The notes beneath the pieces were generated by a model. The model was not told the origin of the DNA, searched no databases, and saw only the letters and a program-made list of their open reading frames with translations. From the IMG/VR virus record IMGVR_UViG_3300009124_000015, positions 1 to 54,976 of that record: 54,976 bases of DNA; one strand, given 5' to 3'. This document shows, in pieces, positions 18,495 through 28,694 of the stretch. This stretch comes from a virus (Duplodnaviria; Caudoviricetes). Within the stretch, counting starts at the first letter, position 1. Every line of letters starts with the position of its first letter. A program made the translations under genes and the position numbers.

Positions 18495-21400
18495 GTGGTA
18501 TTCTTGGAATTGGTGGTGGTGGTGGCGACACCGAATTTTATCCGTACACACTGGATCAGTCGGTGCGTTTTAACGATGGTGACAGTGGGTATTTTATTCG
18601 CACTCCGGCATCTGATGGAAATCTTGATAGCTGGACATTTAGTGCTTGGACAAAATTAGCAAATGCTGACAATGGTCGTTATTTGCTTGGTGCTTCTATT
18701 GCAACCAGTAAGTGGTTTCACATCGCAGTGAATACCAGCGGTCAGATTGATATCAGACAGTTTAATGGTGCATCATATGACTTTAGAAAAATAACCGATG
18801 CAGTCCTGCGAGATGTGTCAGCGTGGTATCACATCGTGGTTTCTTACGACAGTGCTAATGCAACTGCCGAAGACCGAATTAAAGTTTATCTAAATGGCGA
18901 AAGAGTGACGAGTTTTGGGACAAACACAAACCCGTCTTCTGGTCTTGATAGCTACGTAAATCAAAATCATGCTCATACGATTGGCGCATTTGTAAACAAC
19001 AACGGGTCATCATTTTCAAACTATTATGACGGTTATCTAGCAGAAGTAAATTTAGTAGACGGGACAACTCTACTGCCCACTAGCTTCGGAGAAACAAAGG
19101 CTGGCATCTGGGTGCCTATTGAATACACCGGCAGCTATGGCACCAACGGTTTTTATCTGAACTTCAAAGATGATATCGTGTCGGAAGGTTTCAATACTGT
19201 TACCTATCAGGGCAAGGGAGCAACGCAAAGCATTAGCGGGTTGGGTTTTTCGCCGGACCTAGTTTGGATTAAGTCAAGGACATCTAGTAGTCAGGGGCAT
19301 CGTGTTATTGACACTGTGCGTGGTGCGCCTCTAACCCTTAAAACACATACTACTGATGCTGAATATAACGACACAACTGCGCTGACATCTTTTGATGCTG
19401 ATGGCTTTACTCTAGGTTCTCTTGCAGATGTTAATGGTTCAGGCAATTCCTATGTCGCTTGGGCTTGGGATGCTGGCACAGGTTCCGCCGCAAGTAATAC
19501 TGACGGGTCAATCACCAGCACGGTCAAGGCAAATCCTAGCTATGGGTTTAGCATTGTTAGCTATACTGGCAATGGCACTGATGGGGCTAGTGTAGGTCAT
19601 GGTTTATCTGGTGTTGATTTTCTCATAATCAAAGATAGAGATAATGTTCGCTCATGGATGGTTCATAGTAGTGCGTCAGGTTTTACTGATACTGATTATC
19701 TTTATTTTGATACTACAGATTATAAAGGCAGATATGGTGCCACCAGTTTTCTTAATGGCGCACCCTCTAGCACAGTTATTAATCTTGGCAACCATGCCGC
19801 TACTAATGGGTCAACAACAAACTATATTGCTTATTGTTTTGAAGAAGTTTCTGGTTACAGCAAAATTGGCAGCTACACCGGTACAGGGGCATCAGGAAAT
19901 ACTGTATCCTGCGGTTTCCGTCCTGCTTTCTTGATGGTAAAGCGCACTGACAGCGCACAAAGTTGGTTTATTGTAGATAACACTCGTGAGCCAGACGATA
20001 GTGCTGCTAAAACATTAGAGTTGTCACCCAATGTTGCTGATGCAGAACCTACATATGGTAGTGGAGACGTAGCAACATTTACATCTACTGGATTTGAACT
20101 TGCGGTTGGTAACTTAAACCTTTCCGGCGGCACATACATCTTCATGGCATTTGCCGACACTCGTGACTACGCTTTCTGGAAGGATCAATCTAGCAACGGT
20201 AATCATTTCACACCGGAGAATCTACAGTATACTGACACGCTAAAGGACACGCCGACAAACAACTTTGCGACGTGGAACACATTAAGAAATGGTGCAAATG
20301 TTGCTCTTTCTGAAGGCAACCTGAAGGCTGTCACCAGTGCTACGGTTGCACAGTCGGCTGTTGGAACGATTGGTATGTCTTCTGGAAAGTGGTATTGGGA
20401 AGTGAGAAACGAAGGTGGCTCCCTGAGTTACACAGGAATAGTGGACGAGGGTCATGCGCCTAGCACCTATATCGGTTCTTCAAGCACAGGGAATGGATAC
20501 GCCTACAATACTGGTGGCCAGAAAGTGGGACCGACTAGCGGAACCACAGCAACGTATGGTGCTACCTATACGACAGGAGATATTATCGGTGTTGCATTAG
20601 ATATGGATGCAGGAACGATAGACTTTTATAAAAATAATTCGTCTCAAGGAGAGGCGTTCTCAGGGCTTACCGGCACTTGGTTTCCTGCCGTGTCTGGCAA
20701 CGGTGTTGCGGGAAAGGGAGGTTTTGTTAACTTTGGGCAAGACAGTTCTTTTTCTGGTCTTGAAGTGCCACAAGGCAACACAGATGGCAACGGCATTGGT
20801 GATTTCTACTATGCGCCGCCATCTGGCTTCCTCGCCCTGTGCGCCGCCAACCTGCCAGCACCCGCCATCGACCCGAATGCAGGTCAAACGCCGACAGATT
20901 ACTTTAACACGGTAACTTACACGGGTGTTGGCGGACAGAGTATTACAGGTGTAGGATTTCAACCTGACTTTGTGTGGATTAAAAGCCGGAGTGCTAGCCG
21001 TGACCATAAAGCCACTGATGTAGTCAGGGGCGTTAACAAAGAACTTGTTCCTAATGAAACTTTTACTGAATCAACAAGAACAACAGGACTTACATCATTT
21101 GACAGTGATGGATTTACTGTAGGTTCTGAAAGTGGATATGATAATAGCGGCGACAATTTCGTAGCGTGGAACTGGAAAGCGGGTGGCACGGCAGTCAGCA
21201 ACACTGACGGCAGCATCACCAGTAGCGTGTCGGCCAGCCCTGAGAGTGGGTTTAGCATTGTCACCTATACAGGCACAGGGGCTAACGCAACAGTAGGCCA
21301 CGGTCTAAGCAAAGCGCCAGACATGATTATTTTAAAGAAAAGGACTAACGACACACAAGCGTGGCAAGTCTATCATTCTGGAAACACATCTGCGCCAGAG

Positions 21401-21886
21401 ACTGACAAGCTAACCCTTAACACCACCGCTGCAACAGTTGATGACAACACGACGTGGAATGACACAGCACCAACATCAACGGTGTTCTCAATAGGCACAG
21501 GAAGCGGGACAAACGAAAACACTGACACCTATGTGGCCTACTGTTTCGCCAACACTGACGGTATGGTGAAGGCTGGCAGCTACACCGGCAACAACAGCAC
21601 GACGTTTGTTTACACCGGCTTCCGTCCAGCGTTTGTGATGATAAAGTCGAGCAACCAAACACGAAACTGGATTACGTTTGACAACAAGCGCACACCGACA
21701 AACCAAATGGACGGTCACTTGCATCCAAGTGCAAATATCGCAGAACAAACTGGAACTGACGAAATTGATTTTCTTTCAAACGGTTTCAATCTTCGCAGCC
21801 CCGACAACGACACAAACACATCGGCTTTTGAATACGTTTACCTCGCCTTCGCTGAACAGCCCTTTAAATATGCCAATGCAAGATAA
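18491..21886 (+). CDS. Putative receptor-binding protein: LamG/ConA-like, SPRY-like and two internal repeat domains
   Basis: WTFSAW...AWYHIVV...YLNG (LamG); SGKWYWEV...GDIIGVALDMDAG (SPRY); two FNTVTY.G...GF.PD.VWIKSR repeats. Confidence 0.82.
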   Translation: MSGILGIGGGGGDTEFYPYTLDQSVRFNDGDSGYFIRTPASDGNLDSWTFSAWTKLANADNGRYLLGASIATSKWFHIAVNTSGQIDIRQFNGASYDFRKITDAVLRDVSAWYHIVVSYDSANATAEDRIKVYLNGERVTSFGTNTNPSSGLDSYVNQNHAHTIGAFVNNNGSSFSNYYDGYLAEVNLVDGTTLLPTSFGETKAGIWVPIEYTGSYGTNGFYLNFKDDIVSEGFNTVTYQGKGATQSISGLGFSPDLVWIKSRTSSSQGHRVIDTVRGAPLTLKTHTTDAEYNDTTALTSFDADGFTLGSLADVNGSGNSYVAWAWDAGTGSAASNTDGSITSTVKANPSYGFSIVSYTGNGTDGASVGHGLSGVDFLIIKDRDNVRSWMVHSSASGFTDTDYLYFDTTDYKGRYGATSFLNGAPSSTVINLGNHAATNGSTTNYIAYCFEEVSGYSKIGSYTGTGASGNTVSCGFRPAFLMVKRTDSAQSWFIVDNTREPDDSAAKTLELSPNVADAEPTYGSGDVATFTSTGFELAVGNLNLSGGTYIFMAFADTRDYAFWKDQSSNGNHFTPENLQYTDTLKDTPTNNFATWNTLRNGANVALSEGNLKAVTSATVAQSAVGTIGMSSGKWYWEVRNEGGSLSYTGIVDEGHAPSTYIGSSSTGNGYAYNTGGQKVGPTSGTTATYGATYTTGDIIGVALDMDAGTIDFYKNNSSQGEAFSGLTGTWFPAVSGNGVAGKGGFVNFGQDSSFSGLEVPQGNTDGNGIGDFYYAPPSGFLALCAANLPAPAIDPNAGQTPTDYFNTVTYTGVGGQSITGVGFQPDFVWIKSRSASRDHKATDVVRGVNKELVPNETFTESTRTTGLTSFDSDGFTVGSESGYDNSGDNFVAWNWKAGGTAVSNTDGSITSSVSASPESGFSIVTYTGTGANATVGHGLSKAPDMIILKKRTNDTQAWQVYHSGNTSAPETDKLTLNTTAATVDDNTTWNDTAPTSTVFSIGTGSGTNENTDTYVAYCFANTDGMVKAGSYTGNNSTTFVYTGFRPAFVMIKSSNQTRNWITFDNKRTPTNQMDGHLHPSANIAEQTGTDEIDFLSNGFNLRSPDNDTNTSAFEYVYLAFAEQPFKYANAR

Positions 21887-21900
21887 CAGGAGACATACCA

Positions 21901-22452
21901 ATGGCATGGAAATACAACAGTAAAATTATTCGAGCAGGGAGAGGTTGGTCTGACAACAACGGCAACCAATATCCGGGCAACTGGCTATCCCTGACTACGG
22001 ATGCAGAAAAGACCGCTGTCGGTCTGGTCTGGGAAGATGACCCGGCACCATACGACAACCGGTTTTACTGGGATGCGAACACTCCCAAAGCACTCGATGA
22101 CGTGAACGAAGTCGATGAAAACGGTGATCCTGTCCTCGACATTGACGGCAACCAACTTGTCACACTTGGCTTGAAGTCCACGTGGAAAAATACCACAAAG
22201 ACGAGAGCAGCCGGTCTACTGCAAGACACCGACTGGTACGTCGTACGCAATGCAGAGACGAGTGTGGCTATTCCTGCTGACGTGACTACGTATCGTGCAG
22301 CAGTACGCACCAAAAGCGGTACAATCGAAACTGCCATCGACAATGCTGCAGATCACGCAGCCTTCGTTGCGCTGTTCGATGCACCCACAGATGCAGATGG
22401 AAACGTAACAGGGAACGCACCGATCAACGACTGGCCCGATCCGCTGGACTAA
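21901..22452 (+). CDS. Tail fibre assembly/chaperone-like protein
   Basis: LQDTDWYVVR...YRAAVR...WP motif; follows the receptor-binding protein gene. Confidence 0.65.
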   Translation: MAWKYNSKIIRAGRGWSDNNGNQYPGNWLSLTTDAEKTAVGLVWEDDPAPYDNRFYWDANTPKALDDVNEVDENGDPVLDIDGNQLVTLGLKSTWKNTTKTRAAGLLQDTDWYVVRNAETSVAIPADVTTYRAAVRTKSGTIETAIDNAADHAAFVALFDAPTDADGNVTGNAPINDWPDPLD

Positions 22453-22456
22453 GTAG

Positions 22457-23797
22457 ATGTTTGCATCCTCCTCATTTTCGCAAGCACCTTTTTCGTCTCC
22501 GGGTACTTCGATCTTTGAGGTAACTGCTTCTGTTTCTGGTGCCGCTAGTGTATCAGTATCGGCAGTTCGGGTAAAAGATGCAACAACATCTGTATCGGGT
22601 GCCGCTACCGTATCGGGAAGCGCAACCCGCCGCTTTGTAGGTGCAGCGTCCGTATCCGGTGCTGCTACCGTATCCGGATCGGCAACGTCATTCAAGGCAG
22701 CGACGGCATCTGCGTCCGGTGTGGGTACGATCAGCGGAGCAGCCACTCTCGAAACTCCGGCAGGTGCGTCCGTATCCGGTGCCGGTTCGCAAACGGGAGC
22801 GGCTACAGCCCGTCTCGTTGCAAGCGGCTCTCTTTCCGCGAGTGGCACGTCGAGTGCAACAGGAACAGCCCGTCGTCCGGGTGACTCGGACATCTCCGGT
22901 GCAGCGACGATATCCGGAACTACGCTACTCAGGGCTACGGGTTCGTCGTCAGTATCCGGTGCGGCAACGGTATCGTCGAGCGGGGTACGGGTTCAAGAGG
23001 GTGGTGCCTCTGTATCCGGCGCAACGACGGTATCATCACAAGCCACGCTTCGCGCCCCGGCTGATTCGTCCGTATCCGGTGTGGCAACCACATCATCTGC
23101 CGCAACCCTACGCGCCCCGGCTGACTCGTCCGTATCTGGCGCAGGTACGATTTCCGGAGCGGGAATTAGGGTTCGTACCGGGGAAAGCTTCGTATCCGGT
23201 GCGGGTACGGTTTCTGCAACCGGCGACAAAATACGAGACGGTTCAGCGTCCGTATCGGGTGCAACCACCGTATCTGCGTCTGTGTTGCGGATCAAAGACG
23301 GTACCTCTTCTGTATCCGGCGCAACCACCATATCGGCGGGCGGGGTGCGGATACAAGAGGGTGAGGGTAGCGCCGACGGTGCCGCCTCTCAATCTAGCTC
23401 GGTAGTTCGGATACGTAACGGTGCAGCATCCGTGTCGGGTGCAACGACAGTATCTGCAGCAGGTATTCGAATACAAGTCGTAGCGAGTTCCGTAATCGGA
23501 ACCGGCTCGGTCGCAGGAGTTGCAAGCCGTCTCACAGCAGGAGCCGCATCCGTATCCGGACAGGCAACTGTCGTCGCAACCGGCTTCCGGTCGTTCTTCT
23601 TCGACGCGACACTCTACGAACGCAAGCACGTCGTATTCGTACCCGCAGAACAACAGCGTGTAGTTCACGTCACACAGCCGACAGAACACATCCTTTACGT
23701 CGTACAAGATAAACAACGAATTGTGTTCGTACCCGAAGAAAAACCACGAGTTGTATCTGTGCCACAAGCCGCACAAAGATTAGCAAAGGTAGCATAA
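22457..23797 (+). CDS. Ser/Ala/Gly/Thr-rich 20-aa repeat structural protein
   Basis: SVSGAATVS units recurring every 60 nt. Confidence 0.8.
   Translation: MFASSSFSQAPFSSPGTSIFEVTASVSGAASVSVSAVRVKDATTSVSGAATVSGSATRRFVGAASVSGAATVSGSATSFKAATASASGVGTISGAATLETPAGASVSGAGSQTGAATARLVASGSLSASGTSSATGTARRPGDSDISGAATISGTTLLRATGSSSVSGAATVSSSGVRVQEGGASVSGATTVSSQATLRAPADSSVSGVATTSSAATLRAPADSSVSGAGTISGAGIRVRTGESFVSGAGTVSATGDKIRDGSASVSGATTVSASVLRIKDGTSSVSGATTISAGGVRIQEGEGSADGAASQSSSVVRIRNGAASVSGATTVSAAGIRIQVVASSVIGTGSVAGVASRLTAGAASVSGQATVVATGFRSFFFDATLYERKHVVFVPAEQQRVVHVTQPTEHILYVVQDKQRIVFVPEEKPRVVSVPQAAQRLAKVA
22525..23590 (+). repeat. About 18 degenerate 60-bp coding tandem repeats (core CGTATCCGGT)
   Basis: Core recurs at 22592, 22652, 22772, 22952, 23012, 23072, 23192 and onward. 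Confidence 0.85.
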
Positions 23798-23798
23798 A

Positions 23799-24140
23799 AT
23801 GGCATTACGTTGGCCCGACAAAGACCCGGATGAACAGCTAGACTACACTGTAGACTGGTCCCGATACTTAGACACGCTGACTATTGCGTCTGTTGCGTGG
23901 CGGTACGTACAGGCTGACGGCGCAGAGTCGAGCAGCCTATCCGCTTCGGACACATTCAACGGTTTGACGGTGAACCGCGTCACCAACACCGGTACGACAG
24001 CTACCATCGTGCTTTCTGGTGGCACGGTAAACATAGACAACAAATTGATCTGCGAAGTTACAACGAGTACGTCAACAAAAACAAACGCGGCAATAGTAAC
24101 GAAGCGCGTTATAAACCTTCGGGTGAGGGAGAGAAAGTAG
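23799..24140 (+). CDS. Fibre-tail adaptor-like protein
   Basis: WPDKDPDEQLDYTVDWS motif. Confidence 0.7.
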   Translation: MALRWPDKDPDEQLDYTVDWSRYLDTLTIASVAWRYVQADGAESSSLSASDTFNGLTVNRVTNTGTTATIVLSGGTVNIDNKLICEVTTSTSTKTNAAIVTKRVINLRVRERK

Positions 24141-24821
24141 ATGGCATATAATTATCTCGAACTCGTCAACAGCGTTGCTCGTCGCCTCAACGAGACGGAA
24201 CTCACATCCTCCAACTTCTCTACTGCGAAGGGCTTCTACGCAAACATCAAGGATGCGGTGAACGCCTCTATTCGTGACATCAATCAGTATCAACTCTACT
24301 GGCCGTACAACCACAACTCTAACGAAGAGACTCTCGTTGCCGGAGAGACTCGATACACGATTGCTGACGAAGCAAAGTACGTAGACTACGACACCTTTCG
24401 CCTCAAGAGGGACAGTGATCTCGGTATCGGCAACGCACGAAAGTTGCGTCAGATTTCGTACCTCGAATACGTAGACAGATACATCGATCAGGAGGATGAG
24501 ACTGACACTTCAGTGGGTGGCGCACCAGAGTACGTTTTTAGAACACAGGACGGCTACTTTGGCGTCGTGCCTATGCCGGACAAGGCATACACGCTAGAGT
24601 ACGAATACTTTACGTATCCGGTTGATCTTACACTCTTTGACGACGTACCCACCATTCCAGAGCCATACAAGCACGTGATTGTAGACGGGGCTATGTACTA
24701 CTCGTACATGTTCCGCGACAACATGGAGATGGCCTCTATTTCAAAGAACAAGTTCGAAGAGGGCATGAAGAACATGCGTAAGATTCTGGTGAACGAAAAC
24801 GTGTACATGAGGCTAGTCTGA
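24141..24821 (+). CDS. Tail adaptor / tubular protein A-like
   Basis: YLELVNSVARRLNE N-terminus, P.PDKAY, PTIPEPYKHVIVDGAMYY; size and position. Confidence 0.72.
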   Translation: MAYNYLELVNSVARRLNETELTSSNFSTAKGFYANIKDAVNASIRDINQYQLYWPYNHNSNEETLVAGETRYTIADEAKYVDYDTFRLKRDSDLGIGNARKLRQISYLEYVDRYIDQEDETDTSVGGAPEYVFRTQDGYFGVVPMPDKAYTLEYEYFTYPVDLTLFDDVPTIPEPYKHVIVDGAMYYSYMFRDNMEMASISKNKFEEGMKNMRKILVNENVYMRLV

Positions 24822-24822
24822 G

Positions 24823-26376
24823 ATGCCCGATCGTTGGCAAACGTACCCCGTAGAGTTTCGGGGCGGTCTCATCTCAAACTTGAGTCCCCTGCAACACGGT
24901 AGCGCCGCTCCCGGTTCGGCTCGTAACCTCATCAACTTCGAGCCGTCTACAGAAGGCGGTTATCGCCGTATCGAGGGCTTTGCAAAGTTCAACTCGAACG
25001 AAGTTACCGGACAAAACAATATCTTAGGGGTCACGTACTTTCGGGATAGAGCGATTACGGCCCGTGATCAAACAGCAGGTGATCCTAAACTCTTTGCCGG
25101 TGCGGCGGGATCGGATGCGTGGGTAGACCTTTCGACATCCCTGACTCTCGGAACCAACACGTCTCGCGTACGTTTTTGCAAATACAACTTCGATGGTAAC
25201 GACAAGCTCTTCATTGTTGACGGTATCGGGTACCCTCTCATCCTTTCTGGGGTTACCGCATCCGATTTGAGCCAGCTTTCTACACCCTCTGACTTACAAG
25301 GGGCTACGCACGTTGTAGAATTTAAGGAGCATATTTTCGCTGCAAACGGTGAAAATCTCATTTTTTCTGCGCCTTTTGAAGATGATGACTTTACAGCAGC
25401 ATCAGGAGGTGGTATAATCAACGTAGGCAGCACTATTACTGACTTGATTGTTTTCCGCGAACAACTCGTAATTTTTTCGGAAGATAGGATTTCGAGAATT
25501 GTCGGTAACAGTATTGCAGACTTTCAGATGCAGCCGATTACGGACAACATCGGATGTGTTGTGTCGGACACGGCTCAAGAGATATCGGGAGACATTATTT
25601 TTCTCGGACCGGATGGGTTGCGTACGGTTGCCGGGACGGAGCGTAACGAAGACTTCAACCTAGCATCGGTCACTAAACCTGTACAGAAAGAGATCGTTGC
25701 TCTCACAACCGGTAACACGTCTTTCTCGTCCCTGACTATCCGAGAAAAGTCACAGTATCGTATCTTTGGGTTCGCATCGACAACGACAGCAGCAGCCTCG
25801 AAGGGGATTATTGGGACTCAACTACAGGGCACACAAGGAGCAGAAATAAACTGGTGTGAGACTACGGGAATAAAAGCTTTCGTTGCGGACTCCACGTACA
25901 CCGGAAAAACGGAAGTCATACTTTTCGGAAACGAAGACGGCTACATCTATCAGATGGAGTCCGGTAATAGCTTCGACGGGTCAGACATCACGGCTAGTTT
26001 CTCGACGCCGTACTTCCCGATTACAGACCCGCGAACACGCAAGACCATCTATCGTGCCACGATCTACACCGATCCACAGGGTACGGTCGATCTCGATTTT
26101 AACGTCAAGTACGATCTCAGTGAGAGTGGCGTTATCGAACCTGAAACAATTAACTTGAGCAACACCTCTAGTTCGGGGGGAATCTTTATCTTCGGTGATC
26201 CGGGGGCAAAGTACGGAACAGCAACCTATAGCGGAGAGTCACTCCAGTCTATTTTTGACACACAAACACAAGGCTCCGGATTTACTGTGTCGCTGCAATT
26301 TGAGTCGAGCGGCACAAGCCCTCCGTTCTCTCTCGATGCCGCAGTGATAGAGTTTGGGCAATACGGAAGAAGGTAA
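24823..26376 (+). CDS. Tail nozzle / tubular protein B-like (beta-propeller)
   Basis: FRGGL, NFEP...GGYRRI, IGC...QEISGDIIFLGPDGLR; position after the adaptor. Confidence 0.72.
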   Translation: MPDRWQTYPVEFRGGLISNLSPLQHGSAAPGSARNLINFEPSTEGGYRRIEGFAKFNSNEVTGQNNILGVTYFRDRAITARDQTAGDPKLFAGAAGSDAWVDLSTSLTLGTNTSRVRFCKYNFDGNDKLFIVDGIGYPLILSGVTASDLSQLSTPSDLQGATHVVEFKEHIFAANGENLIFSAPFEDDDFTAASGGGIINVGSTITDLIVFREQLVIFSEDRISRIVGNSIADFQMQPITDNIGCVVSDTAQEISGDIIFLGPDGLRTVAGTERNEDFNLASVTKPVQKEIVALTTGNTSFSSLTIREKSQYRIFGFASTTTAAASKGIIGTQLQGTQGAEINWCETTGIKAFVADSTYTGKTEVILFGNEDGYIYQMESGNSFDGSDITASFSTPYFPITDPRTRKTIYRATIYTDPQGTVDLDFNVKYDLSESGVIEPETINLSNTSSSGGIFIFGDPGAKYGTATYSGESLQSIFDTQTQGSGFTVSLQFESSGTSPPFSLDAAVIEFGQYGRR

Positions 26377-26382
26377 TTAACG

Positions 26383-28461
26383 ATGGCAGGTTATACCCGT
26401 AACGACACCACCAATCAGATTGCGGACGGCAACGTAATCAACGCTGCGCCTCTCGATGGTGAATTTAACGCTATCGAGGCGGCTTTCAACGTATCGTCCG
26501 GTCACACACACGACGGCTCTACCACCGGAGACGGCGGACCGATTAGCAAACTCGGACCGTCCCAGCAACTAGAGCAAACAACTACAGCCTTGACACCTAG
26601 CGGTGACGATAGCATCGATCTCGGTACGTCGTCCGCTGAGTTCAAGGACTTGTATCTCGACGGTATTGCGTACATCGATCGTCTAAATGTGGCGGCGGCA
26701 GATGGTACGAATGACGGTGTAGGTTCTCACCTGCAGCCCCTCACTGATGCCACGTACGATCTCGGTTCCACCACATATTTGTGGAACAATGCGTACCTTG
26801 CCAACATAAACATTCGTAAAGACGATGCACCTGTCATCACCCTGACCAACACGTCCACCGACATGCTTGCGGCGGATAGCGTTGGTTCTATTGTATTTGA
26901 GACCCTCGACACTCAGCAGTCAGGTGTAGACGTTGCAAAGATCAGTGCTATCGTTGTCGATACGCTCGATGACACGGGTGGAGACGATGTAAAGCTCGTG
27001 TTCCAGACAGGCAACGCAGAAGCCTTAACGACAGCTATGACGTTGCAAGATGACGATGTGTATCTTCCGGACGATCTTCTTCTCCAGAGTGACGCATCCG
27101 CCTTGTACTTCGGTGCAGACAACGATGTAAATCTCACGCACGTTGCCGATACGGGTCTTCTCTTAAATGATGCTATGGAGTTGCAGTTCCGTGACTCTGC
27201 CCTGACTGTCGGATCAACAGCGGACGGTCAACTCGACATCCAAGCTGACACTACCGCAAAGATAACCGCGCCGACAACAGAACTCTCTGAAGACCTGAGC
27301 ATAACGCACGACGGCACGGTAATTGCTCTCGGTGCTGACGGCGATGTAACTCTCACTCACGTGGCTGACACGGCTCTGCGTATCAACGACGCCATCGAAC
27401 TACAGTTCCGCGACTCTGCTCTGTCTATCGGATCATCCACAGACGGACAACTCGACATCGATGCTGACAACGCTATCGAGATGACATCGACAGCCATCAA
27501 AGCTGTAGGACGCCTCGAAAATGCTGACCTCCAGCCCACTCCGGGCACGGGCACGAATGCAGCCGGTACGGACCTCGTAATCGGCGGCGGACAGGGTACG
27601 GGTTCGGGCACGGGCGGTAACATCCTTCTCAAGGTTAGCAAGGCCGGTGTGTCAGGCTCCGGTGCGAACGCCTTTGCAACGGCAGTTACAATCGACGAAG
27701 ACAAACAGGCAACCTTCGCCGGAGACGTGGTTATCAGCGGCGATGTCGCTTCTAACATTCTGCCATCCGCAGATGATACGTACGATTTGGGTGCATCCGG
27801 CTCCGAGTGGAAAGACATCTACATCGATGGCGTTGCGTACGTTGACAGCGTTGCGATGCCGACGACAACTGTCACGGACATTCTCGACGAAGATGACATG
27901 ACCTCTGACAGTGCAACGGCACTTGCAACCCAGCAGTCTATCAAGGCGTACGTCGATACGGAAATAGCCGCGGTAGGAACTACCAACACGTTCGGTGCCA
28001 ACATTATATTTGAAGGCGATACAGCCGACGACTTCGAAACTACCTTTGCCGTAACGGACCCGACAGCAGATAACACGATCACCCTGCCAGACGCAACAGG
28101 CAACGTAATCATCGACAGCAAGGCGCAGGAGTTTACCAAAACACAGAACTTCAATGCCACCACGCTCACTGATGCAGCCACGATTGCGTGGGACACATCT
28201 AGCAATCAGGTGACTAGCGTCGAACTCGGCGGCAATCGTACCTTTGGCGCACCCACCAACCTAGTCGATGGTGGCGTGTACGTTTTGATGGTAAAGCAAG
28301 ACAGCACCGGCTCACGTACGGGTACTTGGAACGCAGTCTTCAAGTGGACAGCCGGTAGCACTCCTACCTTAACAACAGCAGCGAGTGCCAAAGATATCTT
28401 CACATTCCTTTCTGACGGAACGAACCTCTACGAGATTGGTCGTAGCTTGAACGCGAGTTAA
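26383..28461 (+). CDS. Tail fibre protein
   Basis: MAGYTR...I.A..LDGEFNAI...GHTHDG tail-anchor N-terminus; internal LTHVADT.L..NDA.ELQFRDSAL duplication. Confidence 0.82.
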   Translation: MAGYTRNDTTNQIADGNVINAAPLDGEFNAIEAAFNVSSGHTHDGSTTGDGGPISKLGPSQQLEQTTTALTPSGDDSIDLGTSSAEFKDLYLDGIAYIDRLNVAAADGTNDGVGSHLQPLTDATYDLGSTTYLWNNAYLANINIRKDDAPVITLTNTSTDMLAADSVGSIVFETLDTQQSGVDVAKISAIVVDTLDDTGGDDVKLVFQTGNAEALTTAMTLQDDDVYLPDDLLLQSDASALYFGADNDVNLTHVADTGLLLNDAMELQFRDSALTVGSTADGQLDIQADTTAKITAPTTELSEDLSITHDGTVIALGADGDVTLTHVADTALRINDAIELQFRDSALSIGSSTDGQLDIDADNAIEMTSTAIKAVGRLENADLQPTPGTGTNAAGTDLVIGGGQGTGSGTGGNILLKVSKAGVSGSGANAFATAVTIDEDKQATFAGDVVISGDVASNILPSADDTYDLGASGSEWKDIYIDGVAYVDSVAMPTTTVTDILDEDDMTSDSATALATQQSIKAYVDTEIAAVGTTNTFGANIIFEGDTADDFETTFAVTDPTADNTITLPDATGNVIIDSKAQEFTKTQNFNATTLTDAATIAWDTSSNQVTSVELGGNRTFGAPTNLVDGGVYVLMVKQDSTGSRTGTWNAVFKWTAGSTPTLTTAASAKDIFTFLSDGTNLYEIGRSLNAS

Positions 28462-28464
28462 ATC

Positions 28465-28692
28465 ATGGAAATGTCTGGCCTCATCGACGTACTCATCGGA
28501 GTGTTACTTGCTGGCAGCGGATGGTGGATTAACCGCATGGCAATGGAGCAAAAACGATTGGAAATTCTTCTCAATCGTACACGAGAGGATTACGCCACGA
28601 AGTACGAATTACGTGACGACATGAACCGTGTCATGGAGGCACTCCACCGTGTCGAAGATAAGCTAGACAAAGTATTGCAAGGAAGTAAGTAA
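28465..28692 (+). CDS. Small TM plus coiled-coil protein
   Basis: ILLNRTREDYATK...RVEDKLD. Confidence 0.72.
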   Translation: MEMSGLIDVLIGVLLAGSGWWINRMAMEQKRLEILLNRTREDYATKYELRDDMNRVMEALHRVEDKLDKVLQGSK

Positions 28693-28694
28693 CT

